This document shows positions 44,486 to 54,725 of a stretch of DNA of 64,000 nucleotides, piece after piece. The first letter of the stretch is position 1, and every line of letters starts with the position of its first letter. The notes below the pieces were generated by a model. The model was given only the letters and a program-made list of their open reading frames with translations, was not told the DNA's origin and did not search any database. Origin of the DNA: Oculatellaceae cyanobacterium bins.114 (GTDB lineage: Bacteria; Cyanobacteriota; Cyanobacteriia; Elainellales; Elainellaceae); contig JANRJA010000160.1 of the NCBI GenBank assembly GCA_033764315.1, positions 10,464 to 74,463 of the forward strand, written 5' to 3'. Both the position numbers and the translations under genes were made by a program.

Positions 44486-44556
44486 TAGTCCTAAACAAGT
44501 AAGGATATGCCGCGCGGCATATCCTTACTCAAAAATCATTACTCTTAGAGGACTAT
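44486..44556. repeat. Mini-element with a perfect 32-bp palindrome
   Basis: agtaaggatatgccgc|gcggcatatccttact at 44498-44529, bracketed by tagtcct...aggacta. Confidence 0.65.
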
Positions 44557-44567
44557 CCTTCTATCTT

Positions 44568-45032
44568 TTATTCTTTCTCTTTCTTGCTCATTTCCAAAAT
44601 CTGTTGGGCGATCGCCTCTGGCACTGGCATGACTGAGAGACGGTTTCCCTGTCTCACAACCCATAGCTCATCGGGTGAAAATTGGGTTCTCAGCGTTTCC
44701 AGCGAAATCAGTTGGGGAAACTGGTGAACAAATTCAACAATGACAGTTTGCCAACGAGGATTGTCGGGGGTCGATTTGGGATCGTAGTATTTGCTATTGG
44801 TGTCAAATTGAGTGGGATCAACGATCGCTGTTTTTGCCACTTGCATCAATCCCACAATGCCGGGAGGAGCCGTGTTGGAATGATAAAAGAATGCAAAGTC
44901 ACCGGTTTGCATCGATCGCAAATAATTTCGAGCTTGATAATTGCGGACTCCATCCCAAATGGTTTGGCGATCGCGCTTTAAATCATGAATGCCATAAACC
45001 TCTGGCTCTGACTTCATCAACCAATAATTCAT
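44568..45032 (-). CDS. EVE domain-containing protein
   Basis: YWLMKSEP, WDGVRNYQARN, FFYHSN, YYDPKS, RLSVMPV. Confidence 0.9.
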   Translation of the reverse strand: MNYWLMKSEPEVYGIHDLKRDRQTIWDGVRNYQARNYLRSMQTGDFAFFYHSNTAPPGIVGLMQVAKTAIVDPTQFDTNSKYYDPKSTPDNPRWQTVIVEFVHQFPQLISLETLRTQFSPDELWVVRQGNRLSVMPVPEAIAQQILEMSKKEKE

Positions 45033-45040
45033 CGTGTCGG

Positions 45041-46498
45041 TTATTCCTCGCCTTTATATCTGTTTTCAGAGGGCTTATGAGAAATGATTGCCTCTCCATC
45101 AGGGTCATTCTCATTATTCTCTAATGGCGGTTCTAAACGTTCAATCCGAATTTGATGAAGTCGAGGTCCCTCCGCTGACGTGACTGTTAACTCCAGGTCA
45201 GCATAGCGGAAGTATTCTCCAACCGTTGGAATTTTTTGAAACTGATGAATGATAAAGCCCCCCAACGTCTGATATTGCTCAGTCAGGGGTAGATCCAGTT
45301 TGAGCAGTTCGTTGACTTCCTCTAGATCCATCTGGGCTTGCACTAGAAACGTGCGATCGTTTAGCAATTGAATGGGGGGTTCCTCGTCTTCTGGGTCATG
45401 CACTTCGCCGATGATCTGAGCTGCCAAATCTTTGATAGTCACCAACCCTGCTGTTCCGCCAAATTCATCTACGACAACCACCATCGCCTGACCTGCCCGT
45501 TGCATCAGACGCAACAGTTCTTTTAAGGGCACTGACTCTGGCACAAACTGAGCCGGACGAACCCACGGTTGAATGGCACTATCTAACGCCAAAACCCCCT
45601 CAACTAAAGGGGCTGCTAATTCTTTGAAATAAATAATGCCAACAATATCATCTAACGATTCACCCACCACGGGATAGCGGGAATGCCCTGTTTGAGCAAC
45701 CTCATGCAGCAGATCTTGAAAAGTGGCATCTTGCTCGATCGCCACCACACTAATCCGGGGCACCATCACCTCTTGAGCTGACACCTCCGTAAACTCAAAG
45801 ACGTTACTCAGTAGTTCTCGTTCTCCAGCCTCTAAACCCGGTGACTCAGTTGATGTACGAATGATTAGTTCTAATTCTTCTGGAGTGACCCGGTTATACC
45901 ATCCCTGTCCGCTGTATTGAATGCCCACTAGACGCAGCAACAGCCAGGTCGATTGATTCAAAATCCAGATAAATGGATTAAAGAAGCGGGCGATCGCCTG
46001 ACTGGGAGGGGCTAAGAATCGAGCTAATTGCTCTGGATAAAGCAGTGCCACCGACTTGGGACAAAGTTCACCCAACACGATTTGCAGATAGGCGATCAGC
46101 AGAAATGCTGCTGGCATGGCAATGGAATGTGAGATCAGGGGGCGATCGCCCACTCGCACTGGAAAAGCGGCTAACCCTACTGTTAGCAGAGTAGCCATCG
46201 TATTTTCCCCAATCCATCCCAATGCCAGACTAGAAAGGGTAATGCCCAGTTGAGTCGTTGAAAGCAGCCGATCTAAACCCCGTTGCAGGTCTTGCACCGT
46301 CTGTGCTTGCACATCTCCCGCTGAGGCAAGCTGATTGATGCGCGATCGCCGCACAGAAACAATTGAAAACTCGGCAGTGACAAAAAAAGCATTAATGGCA
46401 ATCAACAAAAATACGGCTAGCAGCCGTGAAATAATGTCTGAGCCAGTTAATGATGGAATCGTATCAGTTGCCAACACGAATAGGGCAGCAAGAGTCAT
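45041..46498 (-). CDS. Hemolysin-family CNNM/CBS/CorC protein
   Basis: NAFFVTAEFS, TQLGIT, GELCPK, HSRYPV, VVDEFGGTAG, TLGGF. Confidence 0.9.
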   Translation of the reverse strand: MTLAALFVLATDTIPSLTGSDIISRLLAVFLLIAINAFFVTAEFSIVSVRRSRINQLASAGDVQAQTVQDLQRGLDRLLSTTQLGITLSSLALGWIGENTMATLLTVGLAAFPVRVGDRPLISHSIAMPAAFLLIAYLQIVLGELCPKSVALLYPEQLARFLAPPSQAIARFFNPFIWILNQSTWLLLRLVGIQYSGQGWYNRVTPEELELIIRTSTESPGLEAGERELLSNVFEFTEVSAQEVMVPRISVVAIEQDATFQDLLHEVAQTGHSRYPVVGESLDDIVGIIYFKELAAPLVEGVLALDSAIQPWVRPAQFVPESVPLKELLRLMQRAGQAMVVVVDEFGGTAGLVTIKDLAAQIIGEVHDPEDEEPPIQLLNDRTFLVQAQMDLEEVNELLKLDLPLTEQYQTLGGFIIHQFQKIPTVGEYFRYADLELTVTSAEGPRLHQIRIERLEPPLENNENDPDGEAIISHKPSENRYKGEE

Positions 46499-46552
46499 CC
46501 GAAAATAGAAAAGACCTAGCAGGAGTATGGTACGTCATCCCCGCTAGAGAAA

Positions 46553-47278
46553 TCACCTGACAACTGGAATACCAGATAGTTTTAGCCGTAATTGTTGATC
46601 GGGATAGTCAGTTAGGGCGATCGACAGATCATTGACCCCCTCTAGCAACACCATTGGAATGGTGACCGTTCCCGAAAAAGACTCGCTGTTAGGCTGCAAC
46701 TCACTTGGCAAACCCTCAGTATTGGCACTAAACGATCGCCCTTGGCGATCGCTAATGTTCATAAAACTATAAAGAAACTGCACCGGGCGATCGCCCCCAT
46801 TTTGCAGATTGACATCCAGCACCAACACGCCATTTTCCTGGCGCACCGAACGCACCTCAAGCGTCACTCCCTGATCTTGACTCGTGATCGGCAGTCCTGT
46901 TGCATTTGGGTCAGCGTTAACAGCAACAATTGGGCTTGCCGTTGCCTCTGGAGTCATCGGGGTTTGAGCATCCGTTGTTTGTGCAGTGGCATTGGGGCTT
47001 GCTGCAGTTCCAGTGGGTGTGGCAACAAGTGGCTCTGTTTCAGCCGTTCGACCGTCCATCCGGGCTTTGACATCTGCCAAAATCGCGTCTTCGCTCAAAA
47101 TAGACACCTCTTCATGTCGGGGTGTCCCGTCGCCTAACGCAGTCGAAGGTCTAACATCGGGTTGAGTAATGCCTTTGAGTGCTTCTCGCCCCAAGGCATA
47201 CCCCCAAGAACCGCTGACCACCCCAGCGGCAACCATCAGAAACAATAAAATGAGTGTTAGTGCAACAGTTGGGTTCAC
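46553..47278 (-). CDS. Hypothetical exported/membrane-anchored protein
   Basis: N-terminal TM, GREALKGITQPD, C-terminal Ig-like beta domain; GTG start. Confidence 0.65.
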   Translation of the reverse strand: MNPTVALTLILLFLMVAAGVVSGSWGYALGREALKGITQPDVRPSTALGDGTPRHEEVSILSEDAILADVKARMDGRTAETEPLVATPTGTAASPNATAQTTDAQTPMTPEATASPIVAVNADPNATGLPITSQDQGVTLEVRSVRQENGVLVLDVNLQNGGDRPVQFLYSFMNISDRQGRSFSANTEGLPSELQPNSESFSGTVTIPMVLLEGVNDLSIALTDYPDQQLRLKLSGIPVVR

Positions 47279-47376
47279 GTTAACGATTTCAAATTACAAC
47301 TTCAAATAAATCAGGCATTAATAAACCAAACATTTTAGGATATTGTCAGTTCAAGCTACAATAAAAGCCAAAATCT

Positions 47377-47449
47377 CCAGGGTTGGCCGAGCGGTTTAGG
47401 CAGCGAACTCATAATTCGCCTCAGGCAGGTTCGACCCCTGCACCCTGGA
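47377..47449 (+). tRNA. tRNA with CAT anticodon (probably tRNA-Ile2; often auto-annotated as Met)
   Basis: Acceptor CCAGGGT/ACCCTGG, anticodon arm GCGAA-CTCATAA-TTCGC, T-arm GCAGG-TTCGACC-CCTGC; CCA not encoded. Confidence 0.9.
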
Positions 47450-47579
47450 TTGCCATCGCCTCTCATGTCCAACTCATATCGCAATGTCTAGATCCATTCG
47501 CAATTTTGCGAATATCCTAGCTCATTTAAGCGTCTAAAATCAGGATTGGCTAGACCCTGATACTAAAATATGGCTCAAC

Positions 47580-48206
47580 ATGACTCAAACTCCTGTTTCG
47601 CTCCAATCTATTGAGGTGAGCACCGTTGATTTGCCCACCCTACGGCAATATCTGCTCGATTTGTTTTGTCAAGTGGCTTACAAAGAAGGCGATTTTGTCC
47701 TGTCATCCGGGCAACACAGTGACTACTACATCAATGGAAAACACGTGACACTACATGCCCAGGGTGGGTTGGCTGTCGGTCGGTTGCTGTTGGCAATGGT
47801 GCCTTCTGAGACAGTGGCGATCGCCGGATTAACCCTGGGAGCTGACCCAATCGTAACTGCCGTGAGTATCGTCGGAGCCTATGAAGGTCGGCTACTCACA
47901 CCGTTGATTGTGCGTAAAGAAGCAAAAGGACACGGCACCCAGGCCTACATTGAAGGTCCCATTCTTGCCCCTGGCAGCGCAGTTGTCGTTTTAGAAGATG
48001 TCGTGACAACGGGACAGTCTGCTCTCAAAGCCGTCGATCGGCTTCGTCAAGCCGGATATACAGTCAACCACATCATTGCCTTGGTTGATCGGCTCCAGGG
48101 AGGTGCAGAACTTTATCAACAGCAAGGCTTGCAGTTTCAAACGTTGTTCTCCATTCAAGATATCAAGATGCACTGGCAACAGATCCATCAAAAGACGGAA
48201 GACTAG
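47580..48206 (+). CDS. pyrE: Orotate phosphoribosyltransferase
   Basis: GDFVLSSG..YYIN, GLTLGADP, VRKEAKGHG, VLEDVVTTG. Confidence 0.95.
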   Translation: MTQTPVSLQSIEVSTVDLPTLRQYLLDLFCQVAYKEGDFVLSSGQHSDYYINGKHVTLHAQGGLAVGRLLLAMVPSETVAIAGLTLGADPIVTAVSIVGAYEGRLLTPLIVRKEAKGHGTQAYIEGPILAPGSAVVVLEDVVTTGQSALKAVDRLRQAGYTVNHIIALVDRLQGGAELYQQQGLQFQTLFSIQDIKMHWQQIHQKTED

Positions 48207-48590
48207 AAAATGAAACAGGGAAAAAAGAGTGCTGTGCCAAGTCAAGAAATGATGGGATGACAGGATGTACTCTCGCTCTCACAGCCTTCTAAGTTCTTTG
48301 ATTCTCATTTTCCGCTTTTTCCGGATAAACCCTCAGCTTTAAGGAGCATTAATAGAGCCTTGAAGTTTTAGTAAACTACCCTGCTGATTGCCTCGACACC
48401 TAAGATTCTCTGTTAGCTTGCTATAAAGTTAAGTAGAAATACGACTTAGGTAAAAGTACGGCAGACTAGACACGACTTTATCGCTAGGTTAGCTTTGAAG
48501 CCTTAGGTGTCATCCTACCAGTCAAGGTTAGAAAATAATTCCAGCTAAACTGGTTTTTGCTGTTTGCTATTAACCCCTAGATACAAAACT

Positions 48591-49553
48591 ATGCGAATTT
48601 TAGTTACGGGCGGCGCAGGTTTTATTGGTTCTCATCTAATTGACCGATTAATGCAAGAAGGGCATGAAGTTATTTGTTTAGATAACTTCTACACAGGCCA
48701 CAAGCGAAACTTGCTGAAATGGTTAGATCACCCCTACTTTGAATTGATCCGTCACGATATTACCGAACCGATTCGGCTAGAAGCAGACCAAATTTATCAC
48801 TTGGCTTGCCCAGCCTCTCCTGTCCACTACCAATACAATCCGGTCAAAACTATCAAGACCAATGTAATGGGTACTTTAAATATGCTGGGGCTGGCAAAAC
48901 GAGTGAAGGCAAGGTTCTTACTCGCTTCTACCTCTGAGGTATATGGAGATCCAGAGGTTCATCCTCAAACTGAAGACTATCGGGGTAACGTTAATCCCAT
49001 TGGGATTCGTAGTTGCTATGACGAAGGGAAGCGGGTTGCTGAGACATTAGCATTTGACTACCATCGCCAAAATGATGTTGAAATCCGAGTGGCTCGAATT
49101 TTTAACACCTATGGTCCCAGAATGTTAGAAAATGACGGTCGAGTAGTGAGCAACTTGGTTGCCCAGGCGTTGCGTGATCAGCCGCTGACGGTATACGGTG
49201 ATGGTTCTCAAACTCGCAGCTTCTGCTATGTTTCTGATTTGGTGGATGGGTTAATACGATTGATGAACGGCGAACATACAGGGCCGGTCAATTTGGGTAA
49301 CCCGGATGAATACACTATTCTGGAGCTGGCAAAGGCAGTCCAACAGATGGTCAATCCAGAAGTTGAGATTAAATTTGAGCCTCTTCCCCAGGATGACCCT
49401 CGTCGTCGTAAGCCTGATATCACCAGAGCGCGCACCTGGCTGAATTGGCAACCTACGGTGCCTTTGAAAGATGGGCTACAAATGATGGTAGACGATTTCA
49501 GAGCGCGTATGGGCGATCGCGCTACTGTAGCCCAACACACTTTGCCTCTCTAG
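48591..49553 (+). CDS. UDP-glucuronic acid decarboxylase (UDP-xylose synthase family SDR)
   Basis: [44 protein letters not shown]. Confidence 0.9.
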   Translation: MRILVTGGAGFIGSHLIDRLMQEGHEVICLDNFYTGHKRNLLKWLDHPYFELIRHDITEPIRLEADQIYHLACPASPVHYQYNPVKTIKTNVMGTLNMLGLAKRVKARFLLASTSEVYGDPEVHPQTEDYRGNVNPIGIRSCYDEGKRVAETLAFDYHRQNDVEIRVARIFNTYGPRMLENDGRVVSNLVAQALRDQPLTVYGDGSQTRSFCYVSDLVDGLIRLMNGEHTGPVNLGNPDEYTILELAKAVQQMVNPEVEIKFEPLPQDDPRRRKPDITRARTWLNWQPTVPLKDGLQMMVDDFRARMGDRATVAQHTLPL

Positions 49554-49634
49554 TGTTTCTTGAGCTGCTCCCTTTTCCCTGTCGGTTTTTACAGTCCTAA
49601 GTTTCTGCTCTATCCATGAGGAGTTTATTGAACT

Positions 49635-51014
49635 ATGCGTGTTTGTGTCATCGGTACTGGTTATGTTGGTCTAGTGACTGGCGTTTGCTTAGCTCACATT
49701 GGGCATCATGTTATCTGCGTTGACAACAATGAGGAAAAAGTTAAGTTGATGCAATCTGGGCAGTCCCCCATTTTTGAGCCGGGATTGTCAGAGTTAATGC
49801 AAGCTTCCATTCAGGCTGGACGCATCGAATTCACAACCGATTTGGCGGCTGGCGTAGGTCATGGCGAAATCTTGTTTATCGCAGTGGGTACTCCTCCACT
49901 GCCTACTGGAGAGAGTGATACTCGCTATGTAGAAGCCGTTGCACGGGGAATTGGACAGCACCTCAATGGTGGCTACAAGGTCGTTGTGAACAAGTCAACT
50001 GTACCCATCGGTTCTGGTGACTGGGTTCGCATGATTGTGCTGGACGGTGTGGCTGAGCGACAAAAGGCGTTAGTTCCCGCAGGCAGTAATGAGGCAGTAG
50101 AAATCGAAGCCGATTTTGATGTGGTCAGCAACCCTGAATTCTTACGCGAAGGATCTGCGGTCTATGACACTTTTAACCCTGACCGGATTGTGCTTGGTAG
50201 CAACAGCCAGCGGGCGATCGCTCTGATGAAAGAGCTGTATGCTCCTATCGTGGCGCGTGAGTTTGCAGAAGAGAAAACTCAACCGACTGTGCCAGTTGTG
50301 GTTACAGACCTCAGCTCAGCAGAAATGGTGAAGTATGCTGCGAATGCTTTTCTGGCAACCAAAATCAGCTTCATCAACGAAGTTGCTAACATCTGCGATC
50401 GCGTCGGTGCTGATGTCACTCAAGTGGCAAGAGGTATCGGTCTTGACTCTCGCATTGGTGGCAAATTCCTGCAAGCCGGGATTGGTTGGGGTGGCTCATG
50501 TTTCCCTAAAGACGTGTCTGCCTTGATTCACACGGCTGATGATTATGGTTACGAAGCGCAGTTGTTGAAATCAGCTGTTAGCGTGAACCAGCGTCAACGC
50601 TTGATTGCCATTGAGAAGCTGCAACAAGTCCTGAAGATCCTCAAGGGCAAGACGGTTGGGTTGTTGGGCTTGACCTTTAAACCCGACACCGATGACATGC
50701 GCGATGCTCCAGCACTTGACTTGATTGAGCATCTGAGCCGCTTGGGTACTAAGGTCAAAGCCTTTGACCCGTTGGTGTCGCAAACTGGATTGCGCCACGG
50801 TCTGTCAAATGTGATTGTGGAAACAGATCCAGAACGATTGGCAGATGGTTGTGATGCATTGGTGCTTGTCACTGACTGGAAGCAATTCCGCACGTTGGAT
50901 TATGCCAAGATGTCTAAGCTGATGAGTAACCCTGTGATCATTGATGGTCGTAACTTCTTAGACCAAGAAGCAATGGAGAGAGCTGGTTTCCGTTACGTTG
51001 GAATCGGTCGTTAA
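49635..51014 (+). CDS. ugd: UDP-glucose 6-dehydrogenase
   Basis: GTGYVG, KSTVP, SNPEFLREG, GGSCFPKD, FKPDTDDMR, DGRN. Confidence 0.92.
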   Translation: MRVCVIGTGYVGLVTGVCLAHIGHHVICVDNNEEKVKLMQSGQSPIFEPGLSELMQASIQAGRIEFTTDLAAGVGHGEILFIAVGTPPLPTGESDTRYVEAVARGIGQHLNGGYKVVVNKSTVPIGSGDWVRMIVLDGVAERQKALVPAGSNEAVEIEADFDVVSNPEFLREGSAVYDTFNPDRIVLGSNSQRAIALMKELYAPIVAREFAEEKTQPTVPVVVTDLSSAEMVKYAANAFLATKISFINEVANICDRVGADVTQVARGIGLDSRIGGKFLQAGIGWGGSCFPKDVSALIHTADDYGYEAQLLKSAVSVNQRQRLIAIEKLQQVLKILKGKTVGLLGLTFKPDTDDMRDAPALDLIEHLSRLGTKVKAFDPLVSQTGLRHGLSNVIVETDPERLADGCDALVLVTDWKQFRTLDYAKMSKLMSNPVIIDGRNFLDQEAMERAGFRYVGIGR

Positions 51015-51133
51015 TTATCCATTCTTCTGATTAGCGAAGCTATAGCTTTAGGGGCACGACTCAGTTGTGCCCCTCTTTGTATGGTGTTTTGTATAGTGTG
51101 ATGGATGAAGGCGGTGAACCCTGGGTGCAAATC

Positions 51134-51844
51134 ATGAAAATTCACCAGCGTCACGACTGGAATTTGACGGCTGAAGAGGCGATCGCCCTACAACATCGCC
51201 TCAAATCTGAGGTGATTACCACCGATCAACTTGAACCCATTCGATATGTCGCTGGGGTAGATGTTGGCTTTGAAGCAGAGGGCACCGTGACACGAGCCGC
51301 CGTCACAGTCCTCAACTTTCCCCAACTGCAACTGCAAGAACAGGTGCTTGCCCGGTGCCCCACTACATTTCCCTATATTCCAGGGTTACTCTCGTTTCGA
51401 GAGGTTCCTGCTGTGTTGGAGGCATTGAAACAGTTACAGACTACTCCTGATTTGTTGTTGTGTGACGGACAGGGAACTGCTCACCCACGTCGTTTTGGCA
51501 TTGCTTGTCACATTGGCTTGCTGGTGAATCTTCCTAGCATCGGTATCGGAAAGTCGCTATTAGTAGGGATTCATGCTGAAGTGCCTGATCACAAGGGAGC
51601 GTGGGTGCCTTTACACCATCAGGGTGAGACCATCGGAGCCGTTGTTCGTACTCGCATGGGCACTAAACCCCTTTATATTTCTCCGGGACACCGTATCAGT
51701 TTAGAAACGGCGATCGCCTATGTTATGCAGTGCACCACCAAATATCGCCTGCCTGAAACTACTCGGTTTGCTCATAAGCTGGCATCTGAGATGAAAGATC
51801 AGCCGATTCAGCCAGTTCAGCAACAGTTGAGTTTGGGATTGTAG
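51134..51844 (+). CDS. nfi: Endonuclease V
   Basis: AGVDVGF, PYIPGLLSFRE, DGQGTAHPRRFGIACH, YRLPETTR. Confidence 0.92.
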   Translation: MKIHQRHDWNLTAEEAIALQHRLKSEVITTDQLEPIRYVAGVDVGFEAEGTVTRAAVTVLNFPQLQLQEQVLARCPTTFPYIPGLLSFREVPAVLEALKQLQTTPDLLLCDGQGTAHPRRFGIACHIGLLVNLPSIGIGKSLLVGIHAEVPDHKGAWVPLHHQGETIGAVVRTRMGTKPLYISPGHRISLETAIAYVMQCTTKYRLPETTRFAHKLASEMKDQPIQPVQQQLSLGL

Positions 51845-51860
51845 GGAATGTAATAAGCTA

Positions 51861-51899
51861 GAGGCGCGATTAATCGCGCCTCATTAATCGCGTTTCTAC
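51861..51899. repeat. REP-like palindrome
   Basis: Perfect 22-bp palindrome gaggcgcgattaatcgcgcctc plus a partial duplicate, between convergent genes. Confidence 0.65.
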
Positions 51900-51905
51900 C
51901 TGCCG

Positions 51906-52646
51906 TTATGGTCTTGGTGCGGGTACGATGATGTATCCCTCTGTGCGATCGCCCAAAACCCAATTGCGCTCTAGACTCCAATACCACCAATGGGCCGCAA
52001 CATAGGCACAGATCAGGCTATCTAACTGGTCTTCGATGGCTTTCATAGCGGTGCCGCGAGTGGGCACTTCAGGTAAAAGTGGTACTCCATTAGTTTCCAC
52101 AAGCAAAAGGGCAGGGGTCAGCGTGGGCAAGGTTTCAAGCAAATAGTGGCGGAGCCGCAGCAGTTCTACTCGTCGTTCAGCGACAGTCCCTTTTTTATAC
52201 TTTAGAATGCGCTCTAGCTGAAATAAATGCACCATTGCTGGGTGAGGAAACACCTCAATTTGGTAGCGACCGGGTTGTTGAGGTTGCAACTCTGGTGCAT
52301 GAATAAATCCTCGGTCTTCTAAACTTAGCCCAAAGGCGATTGTGCGTTGGGCAAAGGCAAGCCCCAAATTAGCAGGATAGCACCCTGCATGATAGCGACC
52401 AAAGTGTTTGTGGGCAAGGCGATCGGGTAGTCGCATTCCTGTGGCATTGGGAATCAAGGTAGGTGCATCAACGGCAATCATGGCAGGCTCGTCAGGTGAA
52501 ACCCACTGGTCAACCCAAATCAAGACTTCCTCAATCGTTGCTAAACGCTGCAAATCCAGTAGATGCAACGTTTCCCCGTACAATTTTAGGCAACATAGTC
52601 CACTGGGTTGAGACATCCAACCCAGATCAACGCCCAAGAATTTCAT
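51906..52646 (-). CDS. DUF429 family protein (predicted RNase H-like nuclease)
   Basis: FLGVDLGW, AVDAP, IEVFPH, KYKKG, EDQLDSLICA. Confidence 0.8.
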   Translation of the reverse strand: MKFLGVDLGWMSQPSGLCCLKLYGETLHLLDLQRLATIEEVLIWVDQWVSPDEPAMIAVDAPTLIPNATGMRLPDRLAHKHFGRYHAGCYPANLGLAFAQRTIAFGLSLEDRGFIHAPELQPQQPGRYQIEVFPHPAMVHLFQLERILKYKKGTVAERRVELLRLRHYLLETLPTLTPALLLVETNGVPLLPEVPTRGTAMKAIEDQLDSLICAYVAAHWWYWSLERNWVLGDRTEGYIIVPAPRP

Positions 52647-52827
52647 AGATGTTTCAGGGTCAAGCTGTGCGAAAAACTGGATGGACTCGGTGATATCTAC
52701 AATAAGGCGATCGCCCGTTATCACACTCAACCCATCCGCAATTCAGGGAATACTGCATTTACCATCGTGATTTTATTAGGGATTTATAACGGGTGACGCT
52801 GAAAGCCCCCAACTGGAGATAACCCCG

Positions 52828-53103
52828 ATGGCAGCTAATATTTTAGACTGTCCCAAGTGCAGTAAAAGAGCCTTGGTTGAACGTCGAAACGATCTATATC
52901 AGTGTCTTTCGTGTGATTTCAAACGTGATTTGGCTGAGCCAAAAAACGAAAAACAACCGAGTGGTGATTTTGTTTGGGTTTTGTTACTGGCATTCATCAT
53001 GATTTTGCTGTTGCAAGGCTTACCCATTCGTGGCATATCCTCACCCAATCAACCCTCGTCACCCACACTTGACTCCCTTCCTGAGGTCAACGAACTCCCT
53101 TGA
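52828..53103 (+). CDS. Small Zn-ribbon membrane protein
   Basis: CPKC..CLSC followed by one TM; ggag RBS. Confidence 0.7.
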   Translation: MAANILDCPKCSKRALVERRNDLYQCLSCDFKRDLAEPKNEKQPSGDFVWVLLLAFIMILLLQGLPIRGISSPNQPSSPTLDSLPEVNELP

Positions 53104-53170
53104 TCAGTCGTGTGTAGAGCCGATGATGAAAAGGACTATAGAATAATGTCTCATCATCGGCAAATTCACT

Positions 53171-54070
53171 ATGGTTCAAGCTCGAAACCCATCTTTTCCA
53201 GGAGTTGCATTTGCGATCGCTGCACCACTGCTATATAGTGCCAGCGTTCCTCTATCAAAAGTCTTTTTGCAGCAGGTTGAGCCGTGGATTTTAGCAGGGC
53301 TACTCGACTTGTGTGCTGGGTTAGGGATTGCGGTTGCGTACTTAATACAACGATTTGTAATTTACAAAGCTCCCCATAACCCCCTTCAGGGGCAGGACTG
53401 GCGATGGATCTGGTCAGCCGTTTTGATTGGTGGGTTAATGGCTCCTGTCTTACAAATCTATGGCATTGCCTATAGTTCTGCCTCCGTAGCATCGTTAATG
53501 CTGAATTTAGAAGGCGTGTTTACAGCATTGATTGCCTGGATTGTTTTTCAAGAACCTTTTGAGCGACGAGTAGCGTTGGGGTTGGCGACGATTACTCTAG
53601 GCAGCATAGTTTTAGTGTGGCAAGGGAATGGCATGAACCTATCGTGGGGTGCGCTGGCGATCGCCGGAGCCAGTCTTGCCTGGGCAACCTCTAGCAACTT
53701 GACGCAAAAAGTTGCAACTCGCAACCCCCTACAGGTAGTCATGTATCGCGTTGGAGTCAGTGGTGGCATTAACACGTCACTGGCACTCGCTGCGGGTCAT
53801 ACCCTGCCTAATCTTTGGTTGATGGGGGCGATCGCCTTGACCGGCTTGTTTTGTATTGCGCTCACTTTTTTCTGCTTCATCATGGCACTGCGGCACATCG
53901 GGACTTCAAAAGCAGGTACCTTATTCTCGTTATTCCCATTCACAGGAGCTGTGCTGTCGATCGTTAGCCTCAACGAACCTGTAACCTCTCGACTTATCAT
54001 TGCAGGACTCTTAATGGCGATCGGACTGGGGTTTTGTCTAAAGCTGAAACCTCAGGAGATAGAGAGTTAA
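53171..54070 (+). CDS. DMT/EamA family transporter
   Basis: About 10 TM helices in two EamA repeats (NLEGVFTALIAWIVFQE; LSIVSLNEP). Confidence 0.85.
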   Translation: MVQARNPSFPGVAFAIAAPLLYSASVPLSKVFLQQVEPWILAGLLDLCAGLGIAVAYLIQRFVIYKAPHNPLQGQDWRWIWSAVLIGGLMAPVLQIYGIAYSSASVASLMLNLEGVFTALIAWIVFQEPFERRVALGLATITLGSIVLVWQGNGMNLSWGALAIAGASLAWATSSNLTQKVATRNPLQVVMYRVGVSGGINTSLALAAGHTLPNLWLMGAIALTGLFCIALTFFCFIMALRHIGTSKAGTLFSLFPFTGAVLSIVSLNEPVTSRLIIAGLLMAIGLGFCLKLKPQEIES

Positions 54071-54087
54071 GCCTTAGCAGGGGTCAA

Positions 54088-54390
54088 TTACTGTTCTTGA
54101 ACAAGTCGCAAGTAATTTTGTTGCAACTGAAAATTGCTCAAGGTCAAGCGATCTGTCAACTCACGTTCAATGGTGCAGACTTGCTCCCAAACTGTAGCAG
54201 AGCGTTGTGCTGACAACAGCTCATTCCACAAAATATTGACTAGCTCAGCAACAGCAGAGTTTTCGACATCTAGTGTGTTGACTAGCTTTAAGAATGCCTC
54301 GGTTGCTTCGTCATGTCGGGACAGGTCAGATGTTAGGTCAATACAGTCTTGCAATGAGGTCATTGAATTTCTGGAAACGGTTGAAGCCAT
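54088..54390 (-). CDS. Hypothetical coiled-coil protein
   Basis: LWNELL..RS..WEQ..ERELT..LQQNYLRLVQEQ. Confidence 0.65.
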   Translation of the reverse strand: MASTVSRNSMTSLQDCIDLTSDLSRHDEATEAFLKLVNTLDVENSAVAELVNILWNELLSAQRSATVWEQVCTIERELTDRLTLSNFQLQQNYLRLVQEQ

Positions 54391-54725
54391 GACTCAGGAA
54401 CCTTGAATCGTACAAGATGTAACGAATTTGTTACATTTACTCAGTATACAAGGGTTAATCCCAGGTTTGGCAAGTCCAAATCAATGCAAATTCGGGATCA
54501 GGATTTTGGCGGCTGAAACCACACACTGCGGACATTGGTTGTGAGCCAGGAAATTCATGTCCTAGGAGGCAGGGAATAGATTGGAGGATTAGTTTTTGGC
54601 TTGACCAGAATGAATTCTGGCTTAATACACAATGGTGCGCAAGGTGTGCTATCAAAATGCGATTATTAAGTTATCTTTGCGGATAACTCAAAGCACTCTT
54701 GTATCAGTTCATAAAAACAAATTCG

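Noticed and set aside
44568..52646. EVE, endonuclease V and DUF429 genes as a defence island
   Set aside because: They are dispersed among housekeeping genes, not operonic, with no mobility or restriction genes
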